A stretch of DNA of 64,000 nt from positions 1-64,000 of the forward strand of contig NIVC01003205.1 of the NCBI GenBank assembly GCA_002269645.1, read 5' to 3'. Positions 32,561 to 44,678 of this stretch are shown one piece after another (position 1 is the first letter of the stretch; each line of letters opens with the position of its first letter). Both the position numbers and the translations under genes were made by a program. The notes under the pieces are model-generated. The model did not search any database, had not been told where the DNA came from, and saw nothing but the letters and a program-made list of their open reading frames with translations. The stretch comes from Macrostomum lignano (Eukaryota).

Positions 32561-35500
32561 ATGGAGATTAAATTTGGTGCACGTTTCGCCACTTTCAAAG
32601 AGCTTAAGACTGCACTGCAGACTTTTGAAAAAGAAAACTTTGTAAAGTTTTACCTTTCGCGATTCACGTAGCCCAGCACAATATCGAAGAAAATACTTGC
32701 GACCAGCTGAAGACACATTGGGCCTTGCTGCTGTCAAATTTGCCTGTGTGCATGGTGGCAAGAATTACACATCGAAATCGCATGGATCAAGGCCACAACA
32801 AGGGTAAGTTCAACCATTGAGTTTATTGATCTAATGTGATACTTTATCTTATCTTGATAGGCCCTATTGATCTAATCTCATACATTGTCATTAGTTATAA
32901 GATCAAGGATTGTTCTTAATTATTTATACTTTTGCATGCAGCCAGGGAACCACTGGACTGAACCAGCCAACTGGTTGTTATAAGCTTTAGTGTCACTAGC
33001 TATTATAGGCCTAGTGCATTTATCATTCTATAATATAATTTGATACAAGAGTTGTTTCTTTTTTTTCTATTCAAAAATTATGTACCTTATCCTTATGCAA
33101 AGCACTTACTTTGTACTTGTGACATAAATGATCTAGAAATGATCTCTATGACTCGTATGAGTCTCTATCATGGACATGGAGTTACCATTTTTTGGCTTTA
33201 GGTATATCAAAAACATCCAGCACTCATGATGACAATGATGTCATGCTAGTGGTATAAAAATTTTGTAATTGGCAAGACAATTGGCTGCATGATTTATCCA
33301 TATATTCAACAACTCACTGAGCAATAGAGGAAGGGTCAAATTGATCTTAGTAGTATATATCTCATAATGGCCAGATGACATGGGTCTAGTGTAGGCTATT
33401 GATTTGATTGTCTATTATTATTAATCTAACTACTAATCATATAACCCTGATAAAAATGTATTGGAGGCCTTTAAAATATGTATGAAGGCAATTTGTATAT
33501 GTAAGTGTAACATAATACAAGTATGCTACAATGAAAATAGAAGTTGGAAGGGAAGTAACTTAATATGGAATAGAGATTGCAAAAACTATATTTTCTTTAA
33601 ACTTGGTACATAGCAATAAAAAAATTATAAAGCACAATTTGATTGTTGCTAGTTAATTTTTTTAGAGTATTTAGTATTATTACTGAAATCTTTGGCAGTG
33701 ACATAGTTGTGAATTTCATATACTTTGCAGATACTTTATTAATTTTCAATAATTTTATTAGGCCAAACAAGTGTACTAAGTTGAGTAATAGGGCATACCT
33801 TAAGCTAGACAGCTGTGGGTTTGCTCTGACTTGTGGTTTTAGCTGAAATGGCTTCAACCAAGAAGTAACAATTTTCTACTTTAAGCATTCTAGCTTAGAA
33901 ACATACATCCCACCTAGTAGAGATGCAGTATATATCTCTTATTCAATCATTCTAACAAAACCCATCAGACTTTATTAATAATGATGTTGGGCTTCCATAA
34001 AGGAATCCATGTCAAATAGCATTCCCATCTGTTAATTCAGGGAAATAACCTTACTAAATTCTAACAATACATTTCCCCTCTAGTTGGGGAAATCAATTTG
34101 GTTCCATCTCCTAATGCTAAGATTTGAGTCAAATCTCGGCTCTAACCATAGACAAAAAATCCCACAAACAATTTAGAAAAAAACTTCAATCAAGTTGATT
34201 TGTAACAACCACTAGTCAGATAAGTCAGGTATGTATTAAATTGTGCTTTAAATGTGACAAGCAAATTAAACAATCGAACATTCAAATAAACAGATGGTAG
34301 AAACAGGAAATTGTTTATTTTCAAGACAAAGGTCAATGTCTGTTACAATTTTATTGGTACTACAGAGTACAGTCCTTGGTTTGCCATGGGAGATGAATCA
34401 ACATCTTACACAAACTGTGGAAATTCTTGGCTGGGAAAGTTTGGAGATCAGACAACTTTAAGGCTTTCCTCCTCTGTACACTTATTGCTATCGATGGCAA
34501 AACCTTAAGCAACTGGTAAAAGGAGATGCTGAAGGAAAAAACATGATAGAAGATGGGAACAGAGTTGAGGGGTAAAGAGAGGTACAGAGGGGAATGAAAT
34601 GGTAGAAGGAAGAGGGGAGAATCAGAAGCAAAACAACAAGCCTAGAACATTCTTATTTGATCGAGCATGCAAGAATGCTTTGGAAGTCGCCATATGCGTG
34701 CAGAAATGCAAGTGTCTATGGTAAAAGCACATTCAATTTGCATGTGCACTCCGTGCAGGAATGTCAATCGTGCAAGAATGTAATGCGCGATGTTTCTATA
34801 TTTAGCATAACAGCCATAGACTACAAGCATAATCTTTCAATCGTGCAAGAATGTTCAGACTAGCTTGTGCATATTTTGTCTATGGTTCAAGTCTAATTCC
34901 ACACAACCAGCTCCACCCTTGTCTTCTTTAGCCACACATGTTGGATCAAATAAGAATGGGAATCAAGCACTTTGACTTGTGCGTCTATGGCAAAAACCCT
35001 TGTGCGCTATGCGCACTTGTGTTTCAGCCATTGATGCACTCGTCAGCATGCTAGATTCCTCCATTGGAACCAACTTGATTGAAGTTTTGTTTCCAAATTA
35101 CTTGCTGAAATTTTTTTGTCTATTGTTAGAGCCAAGATTTGACTCGAATCTTAGCATTAGGAGATGGCTCCAAATTGATTGAAGTTTTCACGAGACTAGA
35201 GTGAAAATGGTATAATTTTGATGTTGAATCATTACATATTATTTTATTAATCATTTTATTGACTTCTTTTTAAATTTTCATTAACTTTTACTAACTTTGC
35301 CAAATCTGGGGAAAACACTTAATAAACACTGCTAAGACTACTACTAACACTACTACTCATTCAAACCTACTGAGCCCTACAACACCTCAATTATATGTCC
35401 ATTGGCCAAGCAGCTGACTAGCATCACTTTATTTGTAGCAATGCAGTGGTTTTGCAATTGCTGCATTTAATTTCTTTCCTTTCATTTTCCCCAAATTATA

Positions 35501-36570
35501 GATGGCCTTTAAGCATTTGGCCCAGGAGAGACGGCTCAGTGATACAGAAGAGCAGGCTGCAATTCGAGCATTGAAGCTCGGAGCCAACAAGAAGATCCTG
35601 CAGGAGCATATTGAAGCAGAGACAGGCAAGATCCTTCTGAAAGACCTACACAGGCTCTCAAAAAAGGCTACTGACTCTCATGGTGACAAAAACAAGATTC
35701 TCACAGACATGTCCTCAGAGGAAGGGATATCAGTGCACGTCTTCACAGGTGATGATGACATATTGTCAGGCATATTGTTTCAGGATGCAGAAATGAAGAA
35801 CGTCATGCAGTGCTTTCCTGAAATACTATTTGTGGATGCAATATATGGAGTAAACAACCTTGGCTTTGCGCTTTACATTCTTGCTGTCGAGGATGGAAAT
35901 GGCAAAACAGAAATAGCTGCTGTGTGGCTTTTGGAAGCTGAGACAAAACAGGCCATCGAAGTTGTTATAGACAAAATCAAACGGGACAACCCATCGTGAA
36001 CAGATGTAAAGGTCATAATGGCCTATAAAGATTTTGTTGAGAGAGATGTGTTTGGAGCTGCCTTTCCTGAAGCTAAAATTCCTTCTCTCCCTTCCTCTTC
36101 CACATACATGTACTCTCAATCTTTCTATGCCCCTTTCTTCCTAAATCTTTGCCCTCTTCTCTCTCCCTTAATCTCGCCCTTACCCACACCTTTAATTGTC
36201 TTCCATACCTTTCTCTCCTACACCCTCATTTCCTCTTCTAGTCGTGCTCCATTGGATAACAAATGATATGACGACCAAGGCAACACTGCAAGGTAGATGC
36301 TTGATCAGCCCTACCGATATTTGAAATTGCTACATTTTGGCTTCCGTGACTGCCATGTGAAACTGGAAGAGTACACCCATTTTTTCAGACAATGGCTTTC
36401 GAGAGCTTCGACGTAGGGTGGCTTGGCTGAAGGTTTCCTCCTGGCAGTGTGGAATTTGCCACGGTGATCTGGGGGACGCCCCAAGCATTGCGTGTGACAG
36501 ATGCCTGCAATGGAACCACATTTCTTGTCAAAATTTGTCGTCGCCCCCTAATTCTAAACTCTTTTTTGCA
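32561..36570 (+). mobile_element. Decayed MULE (Mutator-like, ZSWIM3-type) transposase with intron and C-terminal PHD finger
   Basis: N-terminal piece MEIKFGARFATFKELK...FACVHGGKNY...RPQQG|gtaag (32561-32803, frameshifted). MULE core FPEILFVDAIY...EDGNGKTEIAAVWLL (35502-35999, in-frame stop, then KVIMAYKDFVERDVF). PHD CGICH...ACDRCLQWNHISC (~36440-36570). Confidence 0.8.
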
Positions 36571-36869
36571 TTGCTTGTAGATGCCAGTCTTGAATGTTTT
36601 GTCAATCGTCTATAAGGTATAGACAGAAGAGATAGACAGAAGATATTTCTCTCAGAACAGAAATATAGAAATGTCAGGTGTCAGATCTGCTATTGTCTTA
36701 ATTCAACCATTCTCTATATATATTCTCTCTGTCTCTCTCTATTTATCTCTGTTTCTCTCTCTATATTGATATCTCTCTCCCTTTGTCTCTTTTTATATGT
36801 ATCTCTAATCTCTCTCCCTTTGTCTCTTTTTATATGTATCTCTAATCTCTCTGTTTCTATCTCTCTCTA

Positions 36870-36984
<115 letters not shown>

Positions 36985-37135
36985 AGTATATCACTTTGTG
37001 TCTGCCTCCGCATTCGCTCACTCGCAACTGTATTCAGAGAGACTCAATCAGACACAGACACCGCAGCTCTTAGTTTTTACATGTATTCTTCATTGTTTGC
37101 TTTTTCTCTTTTCTTTACATGTCTGAGTTGTTTAT

Positions 37136-37717
37136 GTGCGCATTTTGATCATCATCAGTCAGCAGATCGACTGCAACGCCACGAACGCCGTCTATGCTGT
37201 GTTCTGCCGCCGGTGCGACCACACAGTCTACGTCGGCGAGACCGCCAACAGCATCTGTGGTCGCATGCTGGCGCACATCGGTGACATCCGGCACACCCGT
37301 GACACTCCGGTAGCGCGCCACTTCACCAGCGGTGGCCACAGTCTGACGGACTTTGCCTTCACCGGCATCTGGACATGCGATGGCACAGGTCCCAGAGCTG
37401 ACGAGTGGCGTCAGCGCCAGGAGGCCAAGTTTATTGAGGTCCTGAGGACTCATGTTCCACACGGCGCCAACGAACTTGCCGGCATATTGCACAAACCGGC
37501 CATCCCGCTGATCCTGCCCTACTGTGCGACCTCCGACACCCTGGCTGCCAAAGTGAAGGACAGGGTGATACGCCACTGCGAGACCCCGGTGCTGCCGCCT
37601 ACACCAAGGGGAGAAGCCTCCGGACTCTGCTCTCTCATAGTCGGCTCGATCCTGCCAACTAGGCCCCTTTTGACGCCTGTACAAAGGCTCTTTTACTGCT
37701 ATTTTTCCCCTCTGTGA
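37136..37717 (+). CDS. GIY-YIG endonuclease (C-terminus of the Penelope-like ORF, truncated)
   Basis: CNATNAVYAVFCRRCDHTVYVGET...RMLAH...VARHF...HS...QEAKFI...T..PHGAN, the PLE-type GIY-YIG with CCHH residues. Confidence 0.85.
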   Translation: MRILIIISQQIDCNATNAVYAVFCRRCDHTVYVGETANSICGRMLAHIGDIRHTRDTPVARHFTSGGHSLTDFAFTGIWTCDGTGPRADEWRQRQEAKFIEVLRTHVPHGANELAGILHKPAIPLILPYCATSDTLAAKVKDRVIRHCETPVLPPTPRGEASGLCSLIVGSILPTRPLLTPVQRLFYCYFSPL

Positions 37718-38089
37718 TTTTTTCATTGACTTTATTTTTATTTATTCAGATTATTTATTCTCTGCTTTTTATTCATTTTTCTGACACTGTGTACAGTGCA
37801 CCTGCATTTTTTGCTCTGAGCATTTAATAATAATTTTTATTTACCTTCTCTATTTATTTTGCCATTTATTTTTACAATTTTTATTCTACACACTTAAAGG
37901 TCGTCTAGGCCCACTTGTACAGTTTTAGCCACCCCCCACTTTTCTCATAGTCTCGGACTTGTTTTTATGTACTGACCATGCGTACTGTTTTAAGTGCTTG
38001 AGCACATCAATTTATCGATCGTCTCTCCCTGGCGATATCGCCTTTATATATTGATGGCAATTTGCGCCAAATAAACTTCACTCGCTTAC

Positions 38090-38126
38090 AGCCCTGACGA
38101 AGAAATTTAATTTCGAAATATCGGCT
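38090..38126 (+). ncRNA. Candidate minimal type I hammerhead ribozyme
   Basis: agcc-CUGACGA-A-[GAAAU uua AUUUC]-GAAA-ua-UC-ggcu: core boxes, stem I agcc/ggcu, 5-bp stem II, 1-bp stem III with palindromic AUAU; predicted cleavage after C38122. Confidence 0.55.
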
Positions 38127-38856
38127 ACTTAATTTAAATTGACTTTTTTCAGTCCTTTCTGACTTTCTACTGTGTCAGTGCCCGGGATTGGAGGCGCCCT
38201 CCTCTCTCTCTCTCTCTCTCCCTCTCTCTCTCTCTCTGTCTCTAGTATATCACTTTGTGTCTGCCTCCGCATTCGCTCACTCGCAACTATATTCAGAGAG
38301 ACTCAATCAGACACAGACACCGCAGCTCTTAGTTTTTACATGTATTCTTCATTGTTTGCTTTTTCTCTTTTCTTTACATGTCTGAGTTGTTTATGTGCGC
38401 ATTTTGATCGTAGCTTGAAATATCTTTTTCTGCTAAAAATTAACGTGTTCTCCTTTTAAAACATAGTTACTGTATTGTGTTTGTTTTGGTTAGTTAATTT
38501 GACAGTCCTTGTCATGTCTTTTGCTGTCTACTTAGAAGTAGCGAAGCAGGACACTGTTACTATTATTTAGAAAAATTCTCCTAATCGGCAAGTCAGTAAA
38601 CGAGCTAGGACCAACGTCGTACTGACAGGCCTTTTTCCAGTGGGTTCTTCATCCAGTTTATATGCTAAAAACTTTTGGAATGCTGCTAAATAAAATCGCT
38701 ATATATTGTAATATAGTACAGTGCTTTGAGAGTCTGATTTGTTGGGCCTTGCTTTGGTCTTTTTGGACAGTAATTAACTACATTTTCATCAAAATCGTGA
38801 GTAACCGCAAATAATATATTTTTTTAATTGATTGCAATTTATTGATTCGCTATAAC

Positions 38857-39719
38857 CAGTGTTGGGAAGTTACTAAAAAAGTAACTTGCGTTACCATAAC
38901 TTTAGTTACCAATTTTTAAAAAGTAACTTACGTTAGCCTAGTAACTTTAAACAAAACCCAGTAACTTTCAAGTTACTGTCCATTACTCACTTTTGTCAGC
39001 CATGTTATTAACAAAATTTTCTACTTTTTTCACATTGCACATTTTTTCCACATTGTTGTTACCGAAATTTGCCATTGGGCATTGGGATTAACAGACAGAG
39101 ACAGGAATTGGCGACACGATGCAAGGCAAGTAGAAGGACCAATGGGCAATGGCAATCAATAATTAAAATTATAAATGATAAAATAAACTAATATCAATAA
39201 TTCAATAGAGTAAAATAAATAGATTTGTATAAAATGGTGTAGTGTACTGCAGTGCCAGTGGAGGGACTTGTGGAGGCTACAGATGAATTTCTTTCTCTGG
39301 TTGTTTGTTTGAATCAAACTTGAAAATTTTTAGTAACTTGAAAATGAAAGGCGAAAATATTTTACCGAAATTAACAAAGTAAAAATGTTTCAAGTATTTC
39401 TTCATTAATTAAGTGCAATACCATATGATACTATTCACTTAATTTTGAATTTAGGAATGAAAAATGCAAAAACATGTGACAACCAATGTAATAGCTAAGC
39501 ATTTTAGTTTTAAATTTAAATATTGCAATTGTTGCAAAGTTATAACTGTAACGGACTTCCAAAATATGAGTAACTTACTGTTACTCCGTTACTAAAATAA
39601 ATAAATAAGTAACTTACATAAGGAACGCTTTACGAAAAAGTAACTTGCGTTACCATTTGCAAGTACTGCAAAGTACCGAGTCATTTCCAATGACTCGGTA
39701 ACGGAAGTGCCCAACACTG
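38857..39719. mobile_element. Non-autonomous hAT-type DNA transposon (863 bp)
   Basis: TIRs CAGTGTTGGG/CCCAACACTG; perfect 8-bp TSD gctataac at 38849-38856 and 39720-39727; dense subterminal gtaac/gttac motifs. Confidence 0.92.
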
Positions 39720-40564
39720 GCTATAACCAAACACAAAATTAGTATTTACACTATTAACTTAGTATCGGTTTTATCGCTCTCTCTGGTCTTGGAATTGTAG
39801 CTTTCTACTTAAATTTGCGCTATGCTTTGATAGTTGACTATCACTGAGTATAAAATATTGAAATAGAGACTATCATTACATCTATTACATCATCAGAGAC
39901 TACTATCATTGAGACTGTTGTCATCTTTGGACAAGTTGTCAGTACCCCGCCTTTATATTATTTGTGCTAATCATAAGCACGAAAGTTGAAAACATAACCA
40001 ACAATATATTGAAATATTTCTGTGCCAGCCAAAGCTACCTGCTTAATAAAGTGTACCTTGCAGATGCAACCTGCCACTCCAATCTCTCTCTTTCTCTCTC
40101 CTTCTCCAGCTCTCTCTACATCTTTCTCTATCTCCAGTCCCTTCATCTTCAAAACATGCCAGCAGAAGCGACTTGCTTATTCAAAGCGTGCCATGCAGAA
40201 GTTTAAAGAGTTCCTTTTAAATCATTATCTAGCAAAATGGCGAAAGGAAATTATACTCACGTTTTTACATGTATGTTTGAAAGATAATAAGAATGAAAAC
40301 TGCATGTGGCATTTTAGTGCAGACAGATATATTTACATTTAGGTAATATACAAGCGTATACATGTATTTATGAACATGCAGAACTTATTGGCATTATTTG
40401 GCATTACAATTGTCAACCAGTACACAAAGTTTGCATAAGTCGGTTCAAAGTGGCAATCACTCATTCAACTTATCTGAAACATCTATACCCAGATCAAGTC
40501 TTCAAAATAATCTCAGTTTCTAAAATACTACAAAGTCTTTAGTACATGTACATGTAAATATATG

Positions 40565-40775
40565 ACTCAGCCAGACAAATAACGACAACAGCTATTTATC
40601 CGGCTCAGCCAGAAAAATAACGACATTAGCTATTTGTCCGGCCCAGCCAGAAAAGAAACGAAAATGGCTATTTATACAGCTTAGCTAGACAAATAATGAC
40701 AATTGCTATTTTCCGGCTCAGCCGGAAAAAAAGCGAAAATGGCTATTTATATGGCTCAGCTAGACAAATAGCCAC
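40565..40775. repeat. Degenerate minisatellite, ~38-bp unit, ~5.5 copies
   Basis: ctcagccagacaaataacgacaacagctatttatccgg and variants. Confidence 0.85.
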
Positions 40776-42718
40776 TACGTTGATTTTAAGAGTAATTTAA
40801 CTTATAATTTAGCTATCTTCCAAGAGGGATCATATATCAAGTCTTGACTCCCATAGGGATAGTGTTATGTGATCATAAAACAAAAGAATGCCAAAGTTGC
40901 CAACTTTTGACATAGTAAAAAAAATAAAATAACTTTTGAAATCTTATTGGATTTCCAACAAAAAAAGTATAAAATTATTAATTAGGCTCTATCTTATCAT
41001 ATTATATTAATTAAGTAGACATAGGCCTAGGCCTACAATTTTATAAAAATAAAAATATATCAAATCTATTGCTTACCAAGAGCAAGGTATATGCGCTTTA
41101 AACCACTTTTTTCTTCAAATTGCTGACAAACCTGACCAACAATATTATCTTTATAAAGAAACTTATTGAGTTTGTCAATATACTCCATTATCAAATCTAT
41201 TAGGGCCTATTATCTTTTAATTGCTTGACTCAATAGGCAAATCAATCTACAGCCTTTTTAATCTGCACTAAAAAATTAAAAGCACATGTATGATTGATGA
41301 TTCATGGAGTCATTAGTCTGAGACATGGACTTCTTTTCTCTCTCTTTTTAGTTTTAATAGTTTTACAATAATTTAAGTTTTACAGAATTTTACAGGACTG
41401 TTTGAACGATCGAGAGCAAAAGCTGTGGGTGTGTGAACTCCAGGTACCAGATAGGCCTATTCAGTGATAATTGTGACGAGCTGTTGCTCATTGCAGTAGC
41501 TAATAATTCTTCCGCCCTTTTTACTTTATTATTTTTTCGATCGGCCTTAAAACAAGATTGAAAAAAAATTAAATTTTACTACGTAAACAAACAACACAAA
41601 CAAGTAAAGAAACCAACTTAATCATTTTTCTAGGGCCAATTTACCTAAAAATAAGCTAAAACGATAGAAATATAGGGCATAATCCTTTTCAGAAAGTTCT
41701 AAAATTCCTGAGATATGTCTTTACGAGTTAGTCAGTTAGGCAGGGGGGAAGACCTATCAGACGGAGATGGTTTACTTTTATACTAAACTAGCTCTTATAT
41801 TTTATACTGCTGGCAGTCTTTACTATTTACTATTAATTCGAAGAAGCGAATTTACTATTTTTACTTTCTGACTTTGTCTTCTAATATTGAGGCCAGTCAA
41901 GTTACAACATCAATTTGAAGGCAAGGCTCTGAGCATTAAAGTTGAATTGGCCCGCTAGCTGTGGACTCCCGGCCGGTATAGTCGCTATCATGAAGGCTGA
42001 AAACCCTAGTCATAACCATAGCTCTTTAACCATAAACCTAACTCTACAGCAATATTTTGGTCTTGTGAAGTAATGGCATTGAAAGAGCTATAGTTTTCCC
42101 GATCAGTTCCGAATTATATGATGGTATTTCGACATTGTAAACATCTTTTAGGTTTAGCAGTGATCCGTTTAGTCAAATAATTTATCAATAAAGCATTTTA
42201 ATAATGGTATTTTTGAGAGGAATTATGCAGCACTACCAAATCCTATGCTAAGCTGACAGAAGCATGAACCCCAAAAGCATCGATTTGCAAAGAAATTACA
42301 TGCATGTGATCCCTGTAGTGCCTGCATGCATAGCCGTTTAGATTGATAGCCGGTTCTAACTTTTTTCGAATTTGGAGAGTTGATTATCCAGGGTTATTGC
42401 ATAGCGCGGCGATCTTGCTTTATCTTCAAATCTTCTGCTTAAAAATTTCCCTGCGCTAACTTAATTGCTGCGATCGTCTTGTTACCAAAGGATATATTGG
42501 CCACAGACATACTACGATCTAAATGAGAAACCATAGAAGCTATGATAGCTGCTTTCATTCATATAGCACGGAGTCCATCTGAGATCACTCCCTCGGCGTT
42601 TTATATAAATGTAGTTCGATATTCAAACAGCTGTGTTGGAAGTTGTAGACAAGGTCATATTTCAGAGCGACTTATAATCTGTTTGCTGCCCCCGGCCCCT
42701 GTTGCATTACGGCTGAAG

Positions 42719-43174
42719 ATGCGCAGCAAAGGTTTAGAAAATGAGAACGAGTTCACAAAGCCTTTGGATGATTCATCCGCTACATTCTCTCTCTACAGAA
42801 GCCTGATAATTAAATCTCTAATTTCGGTGCTTTGCGACCAAGCCTTCTCATTATGCACTGGAATTGCATTGGCCATGATGCTGTGGGCAACGGTGCTCTA
42901 CTGCTACCATACTCGCTACTTCTTCATTGGAACGGTGGATCGCATGTTCGGGTCGCAGGTATTCTCTATTGTGCGCTTCCGAGTGCTGTCATTTCTGCGC
43001 AACGCCTACATTTGGTACGTTAGCCAGTCCGAGCAGAACCGTGCGGGCGCTCGGCTGCAGACAATCAAGTGGGAGTTCATCAAGGAGATGTATCCGGCTG
43101 AATTTGCGCGCTTCCGTGAGCAAAATCTGCTCAACCAGCTTTATCAGAATAACGAACGAAAGACTGATGATTAG
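42719..43174 (+). CDS. Orphan ORF (~151 aa) with one hydrophobic segment
   Basis: ATG at 42719; GC3-rich codons from ~42870; hydrophobic LCTGIALAMMLWATVLYCY; family not recognised. Confidence 0.4.
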   Translation: MRSKGLENENEFTKPLDDSSATFSLYRSLIIKSLISVLCDQAFSLCTGIALAMMLWATVLYCYHTRYFFIGTVDRMFGSQVFSIVRFRVLSFLRNAYIWYVSQSEQNRAGARLQTIKWEFIKEMYPAEFARFREQNLLNQLYQNNERKTDD

Positions 43175-44678
43175 TAAGTTGTGGATTATCCTTTGGTGTA
43201 GCTGATACAGATCGCCTTTGACTACTTGTTCGTGTACAACAACGTTCCATGTTGCTCTCTTACACGCCATAACAATTTGTACCAATATTCTGAGCAAGAA
43301 ATCTGATAGTTCTGTATTAAATTAAACTGGATTGAAGCAATATGGCTAGTTAATATCGAAAAATCGTATAAAGGCAGTGAACAAGATGTTTTTGCTTTTG
43401 TGATGAACAGCAATTTCCTTTTTCTCGTTTTAATCATTTTACCCTCCCTACGACTACAACATTAACTATAAATCACTAACTCCTACTCGATCTATTCCAA
43501 CTGGCTTGGCTTTTGCTGCCTCACTTTTTCACCATCTAATAAACCATGCATATTGCTGAATAACCAATCTAACAAAATATAATAAGCATCGATTATTAGA
43601 GCTTGAAACTGTAAATGCTTCGTTTAGCACTATACAATTTTGGATGCCAAAGGATTTAAAAAGGCCTTCACTATGTTCCATACCTAGCCATACATGTACT
43701 GCCTGATCATGAGGTGTCACAAATTCGAAGTAATGTGTTAATATAGCTTTCTACTGTATGCTAATAATGCTAATAATATGATAATAACTGCACGGGAGTT
43801 GTCAACACCCTTGGCGTAACGCCTTCTTCGACGATACCGACCCACAACCAAGCGCTGAAGCAATCCTGCCCAATCCGCTGACTCATATCATTCACGCACA
43901 GGCACGCTGCTAGGAGGAAACGAGTCGCGGCGGGAAAATGAGAAAAAAGTAACGCTTGAGTGACTTTGATCAATCGGCGGAGGGGGGGGTGGGTGAGCAA
44001 AATCAAAATCAAGAAGACTGGGGGAGGAAACTTTAGGCATTGTTACATCATAAGTTTGCTGATCGATTTTCATAAAGCTTGTTTAACGAATTCGTGTTAA
44101 TTAATAGTTCAATAGTTTTCGTATAGTTAAATAAATAGGCTTGCTATGCTATGAAGTTCTGCTTGGTGGGCTATTCATAAAAGTACGAGGTATAACTGTC
44201 CCAAATCTGCGGCAGTTAATTACACTCACTGCAGCCGTCAGGACTGACTCATGACTGCCAGCAATGCTCGCGTTTCTGATTCCAGCAGATTGCTTACTGC
44301 ACTGACCTAGGCTAACGAAGATTCGGAGTAAGTGAAAACTTCCTGTTTGACACGTTGCTGCCATTCCGTAGAGACGAAAACGAACTGCGTTCTAATTAAC
44401 TCTAACAGCTGTGTACGAATTTGCATTAAATTATATGCAAGGCAACTATAATGCCAAGCAACAATCACAATCGCTAGTCTTAATAAAAAGAGCTGCTTGG
44501 CATATTAACCAGCATAAGAACTCAAAGATTATTATTTTGTAACGATTCAGTATTTTTGCAGGTAAAAAGCAGAAAACAACAGTAAAGCGAATTGCTACGA
44601 GAAAGACAAAGACTGGACCAAGAACCGGAAAATCAGTGGCAAAAGCAAGCAAAGAAGATCAGAAACTACAAAATATAG

